Part shown: one piece after another, positions 41,675 to 54,501 of the stretch
Position numbering within the stretch: the first letter of the stretch is position 1
Layout: every line of letters begins with the position of its first letter
Source: Octopus vulgaris
Taxonomy: Eukaryota
DNA length: 64,000 nt
Direction of reading: 5' to 3'
Assembly: GCA_951406725.2 (NCBI GenBank)
Contig: OX597829.1
Coordinates: forward strand, 49,662,001 to 49,726,000
Made by a program: the position numbers and the translations under genes
The notes under the pieces: generated by a model
Database searches by the model: none
Seen by the model: the letters and a program-made list of their open reading frames with translations, nothing else
Told to the model about the DNA's origin: nothing

Positions 41675-42130
41675 CTGTGAGAAGCGCAATGGAAGGCATC
41701 CTCAACGCAAACCATAAAAACGGTACAAAGACTGCATAAAAGACAATCTGAAGGAACTGTAAATAAAGACCTAACTTTTGAAAGATTTGAGTAGAGGAAG
41801 TATATAACGAAAATTTGTAAACTTTTGAAGAGGTTCGCTTTCACTGTCATCAGAACCTCAATGAGAGCATAAATTGTTGGAGGTGTGAAACATATAAGGA
41901 AAGACTGTAAAACTTTTAAAGAAGGTTGCTTGGAGCATGAAAGCCCAAAGCACTGTCTTTGAAAGGGGACTGTCATGAGAACCTTAATGAGGGCATAAAT
42001 TGATGGAGGTGTGAAGCATATGGCTGTGTATCCCTTTCCAAGAATGGGTGTGTCAACGATTTGAAGTCGCCTCAAAGATCGATTGTACAACATCATTCCT
42101 CCTAGACCAGATGTTTCGACTAAAAGCGTA
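41675..42130 (+). mobile_element. Decayed RTE-clade LINE C-terminus with internal duplication
   Basis: GRHPQRKP*KRYKDCIKDNLKEL, then a WR..I...C.TF.E segment and a degenerate terminal zinc finger (WRCEAYGCVSLSKNG). Confidence 0.55.
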
Positions 42131-42443
42131 TGAAAGGGCTTGAAAGTCGATTTCTTGTCTGAAGAGAGGTAAGGCAATTCACAGGGATCATATCTCACAA
42201 CTTTTGTCTATTACCTACGTTTCAAACCATGCAAATTTACAGTGGGACTGAATTAATCATCTGAGAGGTCATGGATGGAAGGTCAGATGTACCATTGACA
42301 ATCAGGAAGCTCAGAAACAGACAACAATCACCCGTGAAAATGGGGCAATCACCATTTATGTGCGTATATATGTACATGTATATGTGTGTGTGTCTATGTA
42401 TTTATGTTTATGTGAGTCTATATGTATGTAGATGCATATATAC

Positions 42444-42506
<63 letters not shown>

Positions 42507-42554
42507 TATGTATGTGAATATATATAGATATATATATATATATACATATACATA

Positions 42555-42755
42555 TAGGGAGAGTTTACGAAAAAAACAAAAGACGAAGACAGGTGGTGTA
42601 CAAAACAAACAGATGTATTAGTATAACGCTCAGGAATAGAAAAGTCTTTTACGTTTCGAGCCTACGCTCTTCTACAGAAAGGGACACAGAAAAAACAAGG
42701 AGAGAAACGAGGAGAGAAAAAAAAATGTGTGTAGTGGCTAACGATCTACAATGGC
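42555..42755 (-). mobile_element. Penelope-type terminus with variant hammerhead motif (42646-42681)
   Basis: Minus strand cttt-CTGTAGA-a-gagc(gtag)gctc-GAAAC-GTA-aaag; related copy at 46470-46640. Confidence 0.65.
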
Positions 42756-42756
42756 G

Positions 42757-43320
42757 TCTCATATATATTTATGTCCGTTTTTATTGTGTACTACTCCCAG
42801 ACCATCGTCCTTGTATAAATCTATGTTTGCACCTTTCATTTCTTTTTAAGGACAGCTAGTATATAAAAGCCTACGAGGTCAGCTATTTCGTCCCCGTCAT
42901 AGTTCCCCACTGCTGTATCAAGCATTCGTCTCCATTCTTTTTTTTTTTTACCCAGGAGTTATCATGAAAGAGTAATGGCTTCCATGCGTTCATAATTGTT
43001 TATATCGGTATTTTTTGTAGTGTCGTATGCTTTGCTAAATTCAAGTACCTTCTGAAGCAAGCATTTGGAGATCAAGGAGTAGAACTCTACGATGTCGAAT
43101 TGTATAAATTTGCATTTAGGTTTATCCTCTATGTTCTTAAACCATTCAATAGTTGCATAACCGCATATCCATTGATTAAGATCTGTGTGTACTTTGGTAT
43201 ATCGTATAATGTTATCGAATATAGATTTTGTGAGATTTATTAATCTACTGCCAGGATTTTGTGTAAAATTGTTTTTATGGTCTCTAAGAGATATACAAAG
43301 ATTTCGTGGGATAAGTTTTT
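42757..43320 (-). mobile_element. Penelope-like reverse transcriptase fragment
   Basis: SLRDHKNNF..NP..RLIN, LNQW, FIQFDIVEFY, GNYDGDEIADLVGFYIL, LYKDDGL. Continues at 43740-43770 beyond a SINE insertion. Confidence 0.85.
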
Positions 43321-43324
43321 CTAC

Positions 43325-43738
43325 TCTCTCTCTCTTTCTCTCTTTCTCTCTTTTACTTGTTTCAGTCATTTGACTGCGGCCATGCTGGAGCACCGCCTTT
43401 AGTCGAGCAAATCGACCCCGGGACTTATTCTTTGTAAGTCCAAGTAAGCCCAGTACTTATTCTATCGGTCTCTTTTTGCCGAACCGCTAAGTGACGGGGA
43501 CGTAAACACACCAGCATCGGTTGTCAGGAAATGCTAGGGGGACAAACACAGACACACAAACACACACACACATACATATATATACATACATATATACGAC
43601 AGGCTTCTTTCAGTTTCCGTCTACCAAATCCAATCACAAGGCATTGGTCGGCCCGGGGCTATAGCAGAAGACACTTGCCCAAGATGCCACGCATGTGGTT
43701 GGTTAGCAAGCTACTTACCACACAGCCACTCCTGCACC
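43325..43738 (-). mobile_element. SINE group A nested in the Penelope RT
   Basis: Family consensus match. Confidence 0.92.
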
Positions 43739-44306
43739 TACTGTCTTCTATTTTAAACTTTGTGGCTAGATTTTATATGTATATACACACACACGCGCGC
43801 ACCTATATATAAATGTATGTATGTATGTGTATATGTGTGTATGTCATGTTAAAATCTATAGTTTTTGTACCGTTTCGTTTCGTTTTGTTTTTTGTTTTGT
43901 TTTTTGGCAAGAACTTAATGTGAAGTTACTTAAAATGCTATCGACAAGTTTCGCAATAATTCTGAAAATACTTATACCGTTGGTAAATATCGGTCAACAA
44001 ACCGATCAATAGCATCTTATTCGAAATATCTGTCCGACCAGTAATATTGCGAAGGAAGCTGCCAGAACTTGAAGAGCGAAAGCGAAAAAGAAGAGAAATA
44101 AAGAGAAAAGTAAAGAAAAAGAAAAAAACAAAAAGAAAAAAATAAATGCTCAAAGTTGAAATTGTTTATAGGCCACGGAAAAGAAAGTAGAGGTTGGTGA
44201 GTATGGTGCAAGGAAGAGAAATAACATTATTTTTTGCTTATTCATTTGAAAACATACTTGGAGACATTTTAAAAGGCAAGAAACTGTGTATATATTTATA
44301 TATATA

Positions 44307-44711
44307 CTAGCAGTATCGCCCGGCGTTGCTCGGGTTTGTAAGGGAAATAACTATATAGGCATTTTTAGAGAGTTATAGGCAAAAAATAGCAAAAGAATGC
44401 ATTAAAAATGTAAAAAAAAAATGATGGTAAATTTTTTTTTAAATCGTTGACTCATCGTAGACATTTTTAGAGAGTTACTTCCCTTATATAATAGCGAAAA
44501 AATGCATTAAAATGGAAAAAAATGATGGTAATTTTTTTTTTTAAATCGTAGACTCATAGTAGACGCGCGCTAATACCCAGAAGGACTCGATATGAATCAC
44601 GACTATAAGATACCCGGTTTTGGTTAAACTGCACCGCAAAATGTGGGAGTAGTTAGGAATCTAAATCGTAGGAGACAGACAGACACACAACCTTACTTTT
44701 ATATATAAAGA
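44307..44711 (-). mobile_element. Non-autonomous Helitron (copy 2)
   Basis: Reverse complement of 7744-8141, with TC...hairpin cccgagcaacgccggg...CTAG. Confidence 0.88.
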
Positions 44712-45435
44712 TATATATGTATGTATAAAAAATATATATAAAAATACAAAATGGGACAAAAACGCAAAACATTCAAATAGACGATACGAAAACAGACGGG
44801 TCATTCGAAGCCTCTAATTTTCAGTCAAGAACTGGATCATCCTCGCAATTTCGGCTGATTAATCTTGAGATTGCTCCGATCTGGCCAGCCCCAAGGAAAA
44901 ACTAAGCTACGATTTCTTGGAAAAAGGATCGAATGTATACAAAACAAGGACAGAAAAACCGAATGCATGTATGTATGTATGTATGTGTGTATGTATGTAT
45001 GTATGTATGTATGTGTGTGTGTATGTATGTATGTATGTATGTATGTATGTATGTATGTATGTATGTATGTATGTATGTATGTATGTATGTATGTATGTAT
45101 GTATGTATGTATGTATGTATGTATGTATGTATGTATGTATGTATGTATGTATGTATGTATGTATGTGTGTATGTATGTATGTGTGTGTATGTATATTCTT
45201 TTATTCTTTTACTTGTTTTAGTCATTTGACTGCGTCCATGCTGGAGCACTGCCTTGAGAAGTTTTAGTCGGACAAATCGACTCCCACCCCCACCAGGATA
45301 TATCTTTAATTCCTAGTACTTATACTATCAGTGTCTTTTGCAGAACCGCGGGGTTACGGGGGGATAATCACACGAGCAACGGTTATCAAGTGGTGATGGT
45401 GAGGGAACAAAAACAGACATACACATATATATATA

Positions 45436-45664
45436 TTTCTTTACTACCCACAAGGGGCTAAACACAGAGGGGACAAACAAGGACAGACAAAGGGATTAAG
45501 TCGATTACATCGACCCAGTGCGTAACTGGTACTTAATTTATCGACCCCGAAAGGATGAAAGGCAAAGTCGACCTCGGCGGAATTTGAACTCGGAACGTAA
45601 CGACAGACGAAATACGGCTACGCAGGTCGCCCGGCGTGCTAACGTTTCTGCCAGCTCGCCGCCT
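45436..45664 (-). mobile_element. SINE group B
   Basis: Family consensus match. Confidence 0.9.
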
Positions 45665-45700
45665 TAATATATACACATATATATATACATACTTATATAT

Positions 45701-45737
<37 letters not shown>

Positions 45738-45773
45738 CTCCCTATTCTATGCATATATATATATATATGTATG

Positions 45774-45824
<51 letters not shown>

Positions 45825-46740
45825 TATAGTAATATTTAATTGAATGCCACGCATCGATTTCCAAGTAAGTTTATCTACTTCTTTTTTATGCGACTCTACT
45901 GTTTTCTCTCCTTCACCGTTTTCTATCTGTCCTTCTCTCTCCCCCTCTTTCTCTTTTTCCTTCTCTTTCGTTGCTCACACGGGATCATCGTCCATCTTTC
46001 TTTTCCTCGCGTGATCATCTTTCTTTTCCTTCAGGACTGTCTTAAGGAATGGACGTATTCTATCTCTCTCTCCCCTATCTTTTCTCTTTTTAAAGAAAAT
46101 GTTTCTCCACCGTTCGCTATTATTACCCTCGTTCTTGTCAAACGACCCTACATGTTCGTTTTCGTTCGGTTTCCTTGTCTGTCTCCACATATCCTATTTT
46201 TGTTCCCAACTTTGACCCTACGTAAATCCCAAATTTTAGTTTGATGCTTATGGGAGCAACTACCTTCGAAGACTCATATTGTCGTTCAATGCTCAACAAC
46301 TTATGAAGGGTCGATCTTTGTGTTACTTGTCCTGTTTTTCATTTGTTTCTCTCGCTATTTGCTTATTGAAGTCATTTGTTTTCGTATTTCATGTTGTCGA
46401 CTGTTGGTGACGTCCTGTACCCACTTATGCATATGTGTGTGTGTGTGTGTATGTGTGTGTGTGTGTATACAAAAAGCCAAAAGACGAAGAAGACAGATGT
46501 TTGAACAACAAGCAGGTGTATTCGTTTGTCGCTCGGGAAAGTGAGAAAGTCTTTTACGTTTCGAGCCTACCCTCTTCAAAAGAAAGGAATATGAGGAAAT
46601 ACAGAAAATATGAGGAAATACAGAAATTTCAAAATAGTTCAAAAAGGTTCATGGATGTATGTATGCATGTCATTATTCAGTTTTATTCCAAGATTTCTTG
46701 TCAATAGAGAAAGAGCCGGTTTCTAATGCATGTGTATATA

Positions 46741-47054
46741 CTCTTTTACTCTTTTATTTGTTTCAGTCATTTGACTGTGGCCATGCTGGAGCACCGCCTT
46801 TTAGTCGAGCAAATCGACCCCCAGGACTTATTCCTTATAAGCCTAGTACTTATTCTATCGGTCTCTTTTGCCGAACCGCTAAGTTACGGGGACAAACACA
46901 GACACAAACACAGACACAAACATAAACACACACATCCGAAAGGATGAAAGGTAATGTCGACCTCGGCGGAATTTGAACTCACAACGTAACGGCAGACGAA
47001 ATACCGCTAAGCATTTCGCCCGGCGTGCTAACGTTTCTGCCAGCTCGCCCGCCT
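46741..47054 (-). mobile_element. Juxtaposed group B head (46935-47054) and group A tail (46741-46930)
   Basis: Both consensus matches, joined within a (CA)-rich tract. Confidence 0.75.
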
Positions 47055-47166
47055 TATACCACACCCATATGAATACACCTCCTTTGCATTTTGCACCACT
47101 CCCTCACAAATATACTTTTATCGTTTCCAGTTCTCTTTATATATCACTCACACCTCTATCTCTCGC

Positions 47167-47225
<59 letters not shown>

Positions 47226-47289
47226 TCTCTTTCTCTCTATTAAATGTCAGTTTTATAGCCGCAGTGTCTTATATTTGTTTCCCTCGTAC

Positions 47290-47657
47290 TCTTTACTCTC
47301 TTTTACTCTTTTACTTGTTTCAGTCATTTGACTGCGGCCATGCTGGAGCACCGCCTTCAATCGAGCAACTCGACCCCGGGACTTATTCTTTTGTAAGCCC
47401 AGTACTTATTCTATCGGTCTCTTTTTGCCGAACCGCTAAGTAACGGAGACATAAACACACCAGCACCGGTTGTCAAGCAATGCTAGGGAGACAAACACAT
47501 ACACACACATACATATATATATATATACATATATATGACGGGCTTCTTCCAGTTTCCGTCTACCAAATCCACTCACAAGGCATTGGTCGGCCCGGGGCTA
47601 TAGCAGAAGACACTTGCCCAAGATGCCACGCAGTGGGACTGAACCCGGAACCATGTG
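47290..47657 (-). mobile_element. SINE group A, 5'-truncated
   Basis: Family consensus match. Confidence 0.9.
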
Positions 47658-48484
47658 TGTTTTTTATAGAATTATTTTGATCGAAATAAAATAATTTTGA
47701 TCGAAATTTTAACATGTTCTTTTATGTATATTATACAATATTGCTATCCTTACCCTCGTTTAATGTAACTTCGTCTTGTCATCCCATAGGTTTGCAACCC
47801 ACGTCAGTTTTTTTATTCCGTTTTATGTACGAATAGATCTTCAGTGGAAAATCAACAAATCATTTATTAATTATCCTCCTCATCCTCATCTCCATCATCA
47901 TTAGCATCAAAATCATTAATTATACTATTAATCACAAATTACACAAATGGAATTAACTATCGATGTCAAACTTTAACGCCAAATCATAGCAGTCAAATTA
48001 AAATTTATGACCAAATTCTTTTGGTTATTAACCGAAATTTCTCTGGCATTTCTAAAGTGTTGCATGACTGCTCTCAACATATTTCACAAAAATATTCTTG
48101 CTGCAAAGACATAGTTCATTATCCAGCTATTGTGGTCTTCAGACGTGGCAAAAATACAAGACAAATGCTAATTATTATCTCCATAGGTAATCAAAGCCCT
48201 ATTCAAATTTCTGAACGCTGTACCTCTAAAAAAAATAGTCATAAGATTTTGATTATATTTTCATCTGCATGCTTTTAATCATAATTCCCGAAGCAGCTAT
48301 CATTATAAGAGATTATTTTTGTTTTCAATATCCATATTGTGATTATATTTACCTTCATATCTTTATTTAAGTGATATTTTTTTTAAACGGACATTATCGT
48401 CTGATAATTTTATGACTTGTAGTTAACACTAAGTCAATTGGTCCTTGCACGTTACAATTTATTTTCTTTATGTATTCAAATATA

Positions 48485-49072
48485 TCCTTTTCTACTCTAG
48501 GCACAAGGCCCGAAATTGGTGAGGGAAGGCCAGTTGATTAGATCGACTCGAGACGCAACTGGTACTTAATTTATCGACCCCGAAAGGATGAAAGGCAAAG
48601 TCGACATCGGCGGAATTTAAACTCAGAACGTAAAGACAGACGAAATACCTATTTCTTTACTACCCACAAGGGGCTAAACACAGAGAGGACAAACAAAGGC
48701 AGACAAACGGATTAAGTCGATTATATCGACCCCAGTGTGTAACTGGTACTTATTTAATCGACCCCGAAAGGATGAAAGGCAAAGTCGACCTCGACGGAAT
48801 TTGAACTCAGAACGTAACGGCAGACGAAATACCTATTTCTATTTCTTTACTACGCACAAGGGGCTAAACACAGAGAGGACAAACAAGGACAGACAAACGG
48901 ATTAAGTCGATTATATCGACCCCAGTGCGTAACTGGCACTTAATTTATCGACCCCGAAAGGATGAAAGGCAAAGTCGACCTTGGCGGAATTTGAACTCAG
49001 AACGTAACGGCAGATGAAATACTGCTACGCATTTCGCCCGGCGTACTAACGTTTCTGCCAGTTCGCCGCCTT
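48485..49072 (-). mobile_element. Trimeric group B SINE with one 18-bp TSD
   Basis: TSD tttatgtattcaaatata at 48467-48484 and 49073-49090; three ~185-190 bp units. Confidence 0.9.
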
Positions 49073-49099
49073 TTTATGTATTCAAATATACCAAGAAGG

Positions 49100-49411
49100 T
49101 TGTTTGTTCCTTCTCGAGCCACGCCTGGCTCATGAGGGCCGGTTTCAAGGTTTCCTTGGCCTATAGGTTCTCCACCTGGATGGGACGCCGGTCCGTCGCA
49201 GGTGAGCTGTATCTTGCAGCTCACCTGCGACGGTATGAGTGAAAGAATGTTGTGGCGAAAGAGTAAGCAGCAGTTCGCCATTACCTTCTGTCGGAGCCGC
49301 GTGGAGCTTAGGTGTTTAGCTCATAAACACACACATCGCCCGGTCTGAGATTTGAACCCGCGATCCTTCGACCGCGAGTCCGCTGCTCTAACCACTAGGC
49401 CATGTGCCTCC
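49100..49411 (-). mobile_element. SINE group D head with V-domain-like tail
   Basis: ggaggcacatggcctagtggttagagcagcggactcgcggtc head; cctgcgacggaccggcgtcccatccagg tail. Confidence 0.85.
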
Positions 49412-49519
49412 ATCAAAAATGTAAGTCAGTTTTATATACCATTAATCATTAATCAATAGATCGGAATATTTTCTTTTATTCTCACTTGTGAAAAAAAAGA
49501 CCATAATTTCTTCATTTTT

Positions 49520-50520
49520 TATCGTTTTCTTTTTAGTTGATCTACAAAAGTGATAGAACTTTACTTTGAGATAACCATATTACATTACATGAAGTATTTG
49601 AAGTCAGCCTCCGTTGATTCTTGTAAGGATATGACTTTTCAGACACTTGCTTTTTAATATTTTCTTCGTTTGAACTAAATAACCAAAAGCAATTTGAAAC
49701 TCACATTCAATGTGTTGAACAACAGAACACCACAACCAATGAAATAGTCAGTCGCAACTAATACTTGGTCCATGATTTTCGCCAATATTGCCAAAACTTG
49801 AAAATACCAGTCATACTTAACGCACCATCTGTGCAAGTCTACAGTTTCAAAAATATTTTTACTGATTGCATTTGTTTTAAATTCTTTCAATAAAAATTAT
49901 TTTGGTGTGTTACCAAACCCAACAAAATCTCATCAAGTAATATTTTCTTGTTATTCACAGGAGTATCCGCTGTGTCACCCACTTAAAGAGTATGTAAAAG
50001 CCCCTTCAATCATTCATAAATATTCTCTACCATATCTACTGATATCTCAACAACATACCTACATACTATATCATCTGAGAGTCGTGCCTTTTCAATTCCA
50101 TTGCCTGCCTTAATCCTAAACATTACTTGTGCTGCTACTTTACAAAGAGGGTCGATTTTTTTTTTTCTAATGATCAGGGCCTTCGTATGTTGGCGATCGA
50201 TTCTGAAGCAGTAAATGTTGCTAATAAACCTCTTTTTATATTTTTAGTGAAATAAAAGACTTAGGGGTATTAGAGTGGATTGAGAGGTGTTTAAGATGTG
50301 CGAGAAACCTTTTGAAGTTATCAACACGCTTTCTCGGCGAAAGGATATGTTTATTTGTGAACCGTAATCTGCTTGGAAACATTGCCCCGTTTTTGAATTT
50401 CTCACGACAGGGAAAACACTCATGCAACGGTTTGTCTTCTTTACCACATCAAGTGAAACCGAGTGGTAAATGTTATTCGAAATGCTGGTTTACTCTGTTG
50501 CTCCATACTTGTTGCTCCAT
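49520..50520 (-). mobile_element. Decayed hAT (Buster/Charlie-type) transposase remnant
   Basis: GFT*CGKEDKPLHECFPCREKFKNGAMFPSRL..TNKH (BED-finger-like) and TCTDGALSMTG on the minus strand. Confidence 0.65.
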
Positions 50521-51648
50521 GTTTTAGAGATCTTGGTGACTGTTAGGCTTGGCCAGCACTGTGTCATCACGCTCTTTCACAAGGATCATATACCAAAGTT
50601 ATACTAGTTGTCTATCGTTCCACTTTTACAGTCCGTTGTGCCATTACTTGTGAACCACGTTTACTTTTCAACACATCTATTCATTTCAACTGAACTTCAA
50701 TATGAAATGCAAACAACGAGCACACCAGTTAAAAATGTAATTTATATTAAGCATTTCAAAATGCCACGTAAATTATACAGAGATTCTAACTCAAGGAAGT
50801 TAACTTTTAGCCTTTGAACCTATTTAATAAAAATCTAGCATAAGTATTTAGCATTAATAAAAGGATTCATGACATCGATTTCTCTTTTCGTCTTATGTAC
50901 CACATCTTTTTACTGAAAACAAAGCGTTTTGGGCATCTTCCGTCAATCTACGTACCAACCCGACTGAGAAACTTTAGTGTGACGTGACAATTATTTTTCC
51001 TCTCCTCAAGGTTATCTTGTTAGATATGCATTTCTAATATAATGTTTGTAGTTGTGTTTCTTGCTGTTTATTACCTGCAGTATACAGCCTGACGTTGCCC
51101 GTATAAAAAAATTTGTTGGTTGTCCCCATTTGGGATTTGTATCCAGTGGTGTTACCTTCAGATGACAAAAAAAAAATTCGTGGAATGTAAGAGTTTCCAA
51201 GGAATATTTCCTAATGCTGGTTTCAAATTTTGGCACAAAGCAAGCTGTTTCGAGAGAAGGGTTAAGTCGATTACATCGACCCCAGTACTCAACTGGTATT
51301 TATTTTATCGACTCCGAGATGACGCAAAGCAAAATTGACCTCGGCAGCATTTGAACTCAAAACGTATAGAGTCGGAAGAAATATTTTGCTCGGCACTGTA
51401 ACGATTCTGCCCGCTCGCCTCCTTATAAAACTCAGCACGCCGCTTCAGGGAAGATCGAACTTACATACAAATCTTAGAATTAAGTATTCTTCAATTCCCA
51501 CCAAAATAACCGGCTGAATATTTTTAATATTCTAACGTTTCTCATATTTCCAATATTTCCTAATAGACATGGGAGTAGTTTTTTATGACCCTTGTCAGGA
51601 CCTCCAAAAATTGTTTGCCACTAATTCATGTATCTTATTACTGATACT

Positions 51649-52033
51649 GGAAGCACTCCGTCGGTTACGACGACGAAGGTTCCGGTTGATCCGATCAACG
51701 GAACAGCCTGCTCGTGAAATTAACGTGTAAGTGGCTGAGCACTCCACAGACACTTATACCCTTAACGTAGTTCTCGGGGATATTCAGCGTGACACAGAGA
51801 GTGACAAGGCCGGCCCTTTGAAATACAAGGTACAACAGAAACAGGAAGTAAGAGTGAGAGAAAGTTGTGGTGAAAGAGTACAGCAGGGATCACCACCATC
51901 CCCTGCCGGAGCCTCGTGGAGCTTTTAGGTGTTTTCGCTCAATAAACACTCACAACGCCCGGTCTGGGAATCGAAACCGCGATCCTACGACCGCGAGTCC
52001 GTTGCCCTAACCACTGGGCCATTGCGCCTCCAC
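51649..52033 (-). mobile_element. SINE group D, full length, 13-bp TSD tattactgatact
   Basis: tRNA-like head ggaggcgcaatggcccagtggttagggc..ggtttcgattccc; TSD at 51636-51648 and 52034-52046. Confidence 0.93.
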
Positions 52034-52609
52034 TATTACTGATACTACATTACTCATGGCTAACATTTCTAAGATCCACGTGTAGAAAACACAAACAAAA
52101 GCCTCCTGGTGGTCAATCCATGCCATGCTCAAACTTTTCCTTTTATTTTCATTATGCTGTTTTCGATTGTGGCTTTGTTGCTCAATAATTAATTTTTACA
52201 GCCATATGAACCTTTGCAGCATCCCTTTTTTTAATTTCTCTGAAAATCAGTTTTTTAAAATTTTTTTTTACCGTTTTTCACGTATTTATTTATCTTCTAA
52301 TATACCAAATAAGGTTTCGATGTTGCAAGAAAGCGCGTAATGGGTATGTAGTTTTAGGCCTTTTCTCTTTTTTTAATTTTTTTACATCAGACTTCGTGAA
52401 AAGACATTTTGCTCTTTCTACGAATCAGTTCAGGTGTTGTTTCCGGTTGTTTCGGTATGTTAAGAAAATATTTTTGCTGGTAATTTGTGTGTGTCCTTGC
52501 TAAATATTTCAACAAGAATCTTGTTTTTTTTTTATTTTTTCATTTACAGTCGTAGTTGCTGTTGCTGTTCTTCTTGTTCCTGTCGTTCTCACTGCTGTTA
52601 CAGTTGCTG

Positions 52610-53004
52610 ATCTTCTTCTCCTTCTTCTTCTCCTTCTTCTTCTTCCCTCTTCTTCTTCTCCTCCTCCTTCTTCTCCTTCTTCTTCTCCTTCTTCTTCTTC
52701 CCTCTTCTTCCCTCTCTTCTCTTCTTCTCTCCTTCTTCTTTCTTCTTCTTCTTCTTCTTCTTCTTCTTCTTCTTCTTCTCTCTTCTTCTTCTTCTTCTTC
52801 TCTTCTTCTTCTTCTCTTCTTCTTCTTCTTCTCCTCTTCTTCTTCTTCTTCTTCTTCTTCTTCTTCTTCTTCTTCTTCTTCTTCTTCTCCTTCTTCTTCT
52901 CCTCTTCTCTTCTTCTTTCTCCTCCTCCTCCTCTTCTTCTTCTTCTTCTTCTTCTTCTTCCTTCTTCTTCTTCTTCTTCTTCTTCACCTTCTTCTTCACC
53001 TTCT

Positions 53005-53051
<47 letters not shown>

Positions 53052-53165
53052 ACCTTCTTCTTCACCTTCTTCTTCTTCTTCTTCTTCCTCTCTTCTTCTT
53101 CTCCTTCTCCTTCTTCTTTCTTCTCCTCCACCTCATTATTCTTTTTCTTCTTTTCTTCATTTTTC
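52610..53165. repeat. (CTT)n polypyrimidine microsatellite
   Basis: Direct inspection. Confidence 0.97.
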
Positions 53166-53439
53166 TTTAAAATATATTTTGAACCATCTCGTTCCTTGAT
53201 AATTTCCTTGCTATTTATAGTCCTCCCCGGAATTATTCTACTTGCCATACAGCCTCGTACTGCACCGATTTCTGTTTTAGTTTTACACGGTTTGTTGATA
53301 AAAATTGTTTTGCGTTAGATCTGAAACGTTTTGTTTCTTCAAAGAATCGTTATCCTTTTTACTTAATTCTGGATTTTCTGCCATTAAGCGAGCATCATCT
53401 ATTATTTTATGTTTTCTTTTAATATCGAATACTTCTCCA

Positions 53440-53494
<55 letters not shown>

Positions 53495-53496
53495 GA

Positions 53497-53937
53497 GGGG
53501 GCGACGAGCTGACAGAATCGTCAGAAGGCCGGGCGTAATGCTCAGCGGTATTTCGTCTGCCGTTACGTTCTGAGTTCAAATTCCGCCGAGGTCGACTTTG
53601 CCTTTCATCCTTTTGGGGTCGATAAAATTAAGTACCAGTTATGCACTGGGATCAATGTAATCGACTTAATCCGTTTGTCTGTCCTTGTTTGTCCATTCTA
53701 TGTTTAGCCCCTTGTGGGTAGTAAAGAAATAGGTATTTCGTCTGCCTTCGCGTTCTAAGTTCAAATGCTGCCGAGATAGACTTACCCTCTCATCCTTTCG
53801 GGGTCGATAAATTAAGTACCAGTGAAACACTGGGACCGATGTATCGACTTAAACCCTCCCATAAAATTGTTGGCCTTGTGCCAAAATTTGAAAAGAATTA
53901 TTATTGTTGTTGTCTGTCGTTTTATCCCCATTAATGG

Positions 53938-53985
<48 letters not shown>

Positions 53986-54146
53986 TATTAGTTCAAATGC
54001 TGCCGAGATAGACTTACCCTCTCATCCTTTCGGGGTCGATAAATTAAGTACCAGTGAAACACTGGGACCGATGTATCGACTTAAAACCCTCCCATAAAAT
54101 TGCTGGCCTTGTGCCAAAATTTGAAAAGAATTATTATTGTTGTTGT
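53497..54146 (+). mobile_element. Dimeric group B SINE plus local duplicate of its second unit
   Basis: Same aaagaaatag|gtatttcgtctg junction as the 48.5 kb trimer; 53758-53913 is repeated at 53989-54146. Confidence 0.85.
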
Positions 54147-54167
54147 TGTCGTTGTTATCATCATTAA

Positions 54168-54204
<37 letters not shown>

Positions 54205-54207
<3 letters not shown>

Positions 54208-54420
54208 TGGTTTTATTTTTTATAGCGTGCTTTCACTTCACTACCGAGCGCAGCTCTGTGTGCCTTGGGTATGTGCTGTGATTTGTTGTGATGCTCTGAT
54301 GGTTATTGTATGGAAAGTGTTCTGCGTAGGATGTGTGCAGTGCCCAGTAGTGCAATTTTCTGTATGTTATATGTGTTTGTAAGTCCTGGTGTTTTTGTTA
54401 TGTATTTGTCTGAATATTTA
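54205..54420 (-). mobile_element. 3' tip of a second R4/Dong family between (TAA)n tracts
   Basis: KYSDKYITKTPGLTNTYNIQKIALLGTAHILRRTLSIQ* followed by a 3' UTR. Confidence 0.8.
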
Positions 54421-54442
54421 TTATTATTATTATTAGTAGTAT

Positions 54443-54501
<59 letters not shown>

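Larger units (their letters stand above)
51540..53430 (-). mobile_element. Old R4/Dong-type RT remnant interrupted by a SINE and a (CTT)n expansion
   Basis: PKNYIPIT, KGCCKGSYGCKN*LL.NK and AWIDHQEAF motifs at 52060-52360. Confidence 0.65.

Noticed and set aside
41620-42198. 192-aa minus-strand ORF with an internal repeat
   Set aside because: Antisense to a decayed RTE C-terminus; the repeat is a DNA-level duplication.
44790-44890. Further hammerhead-like motifs
   Set aside because: Core and stems could not be assembled convincingly.
51955-52033. Possible tRNA gene
   Set aside because: The tRNA-like head runs into a SINE body bounded by a TSD; the same holds for the other SINE heads.
52556-53248. 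Lys/Glu/Arg-rich 216-aa ORF
   Set aside because: (CTT)n expansion inside an old retroelement.
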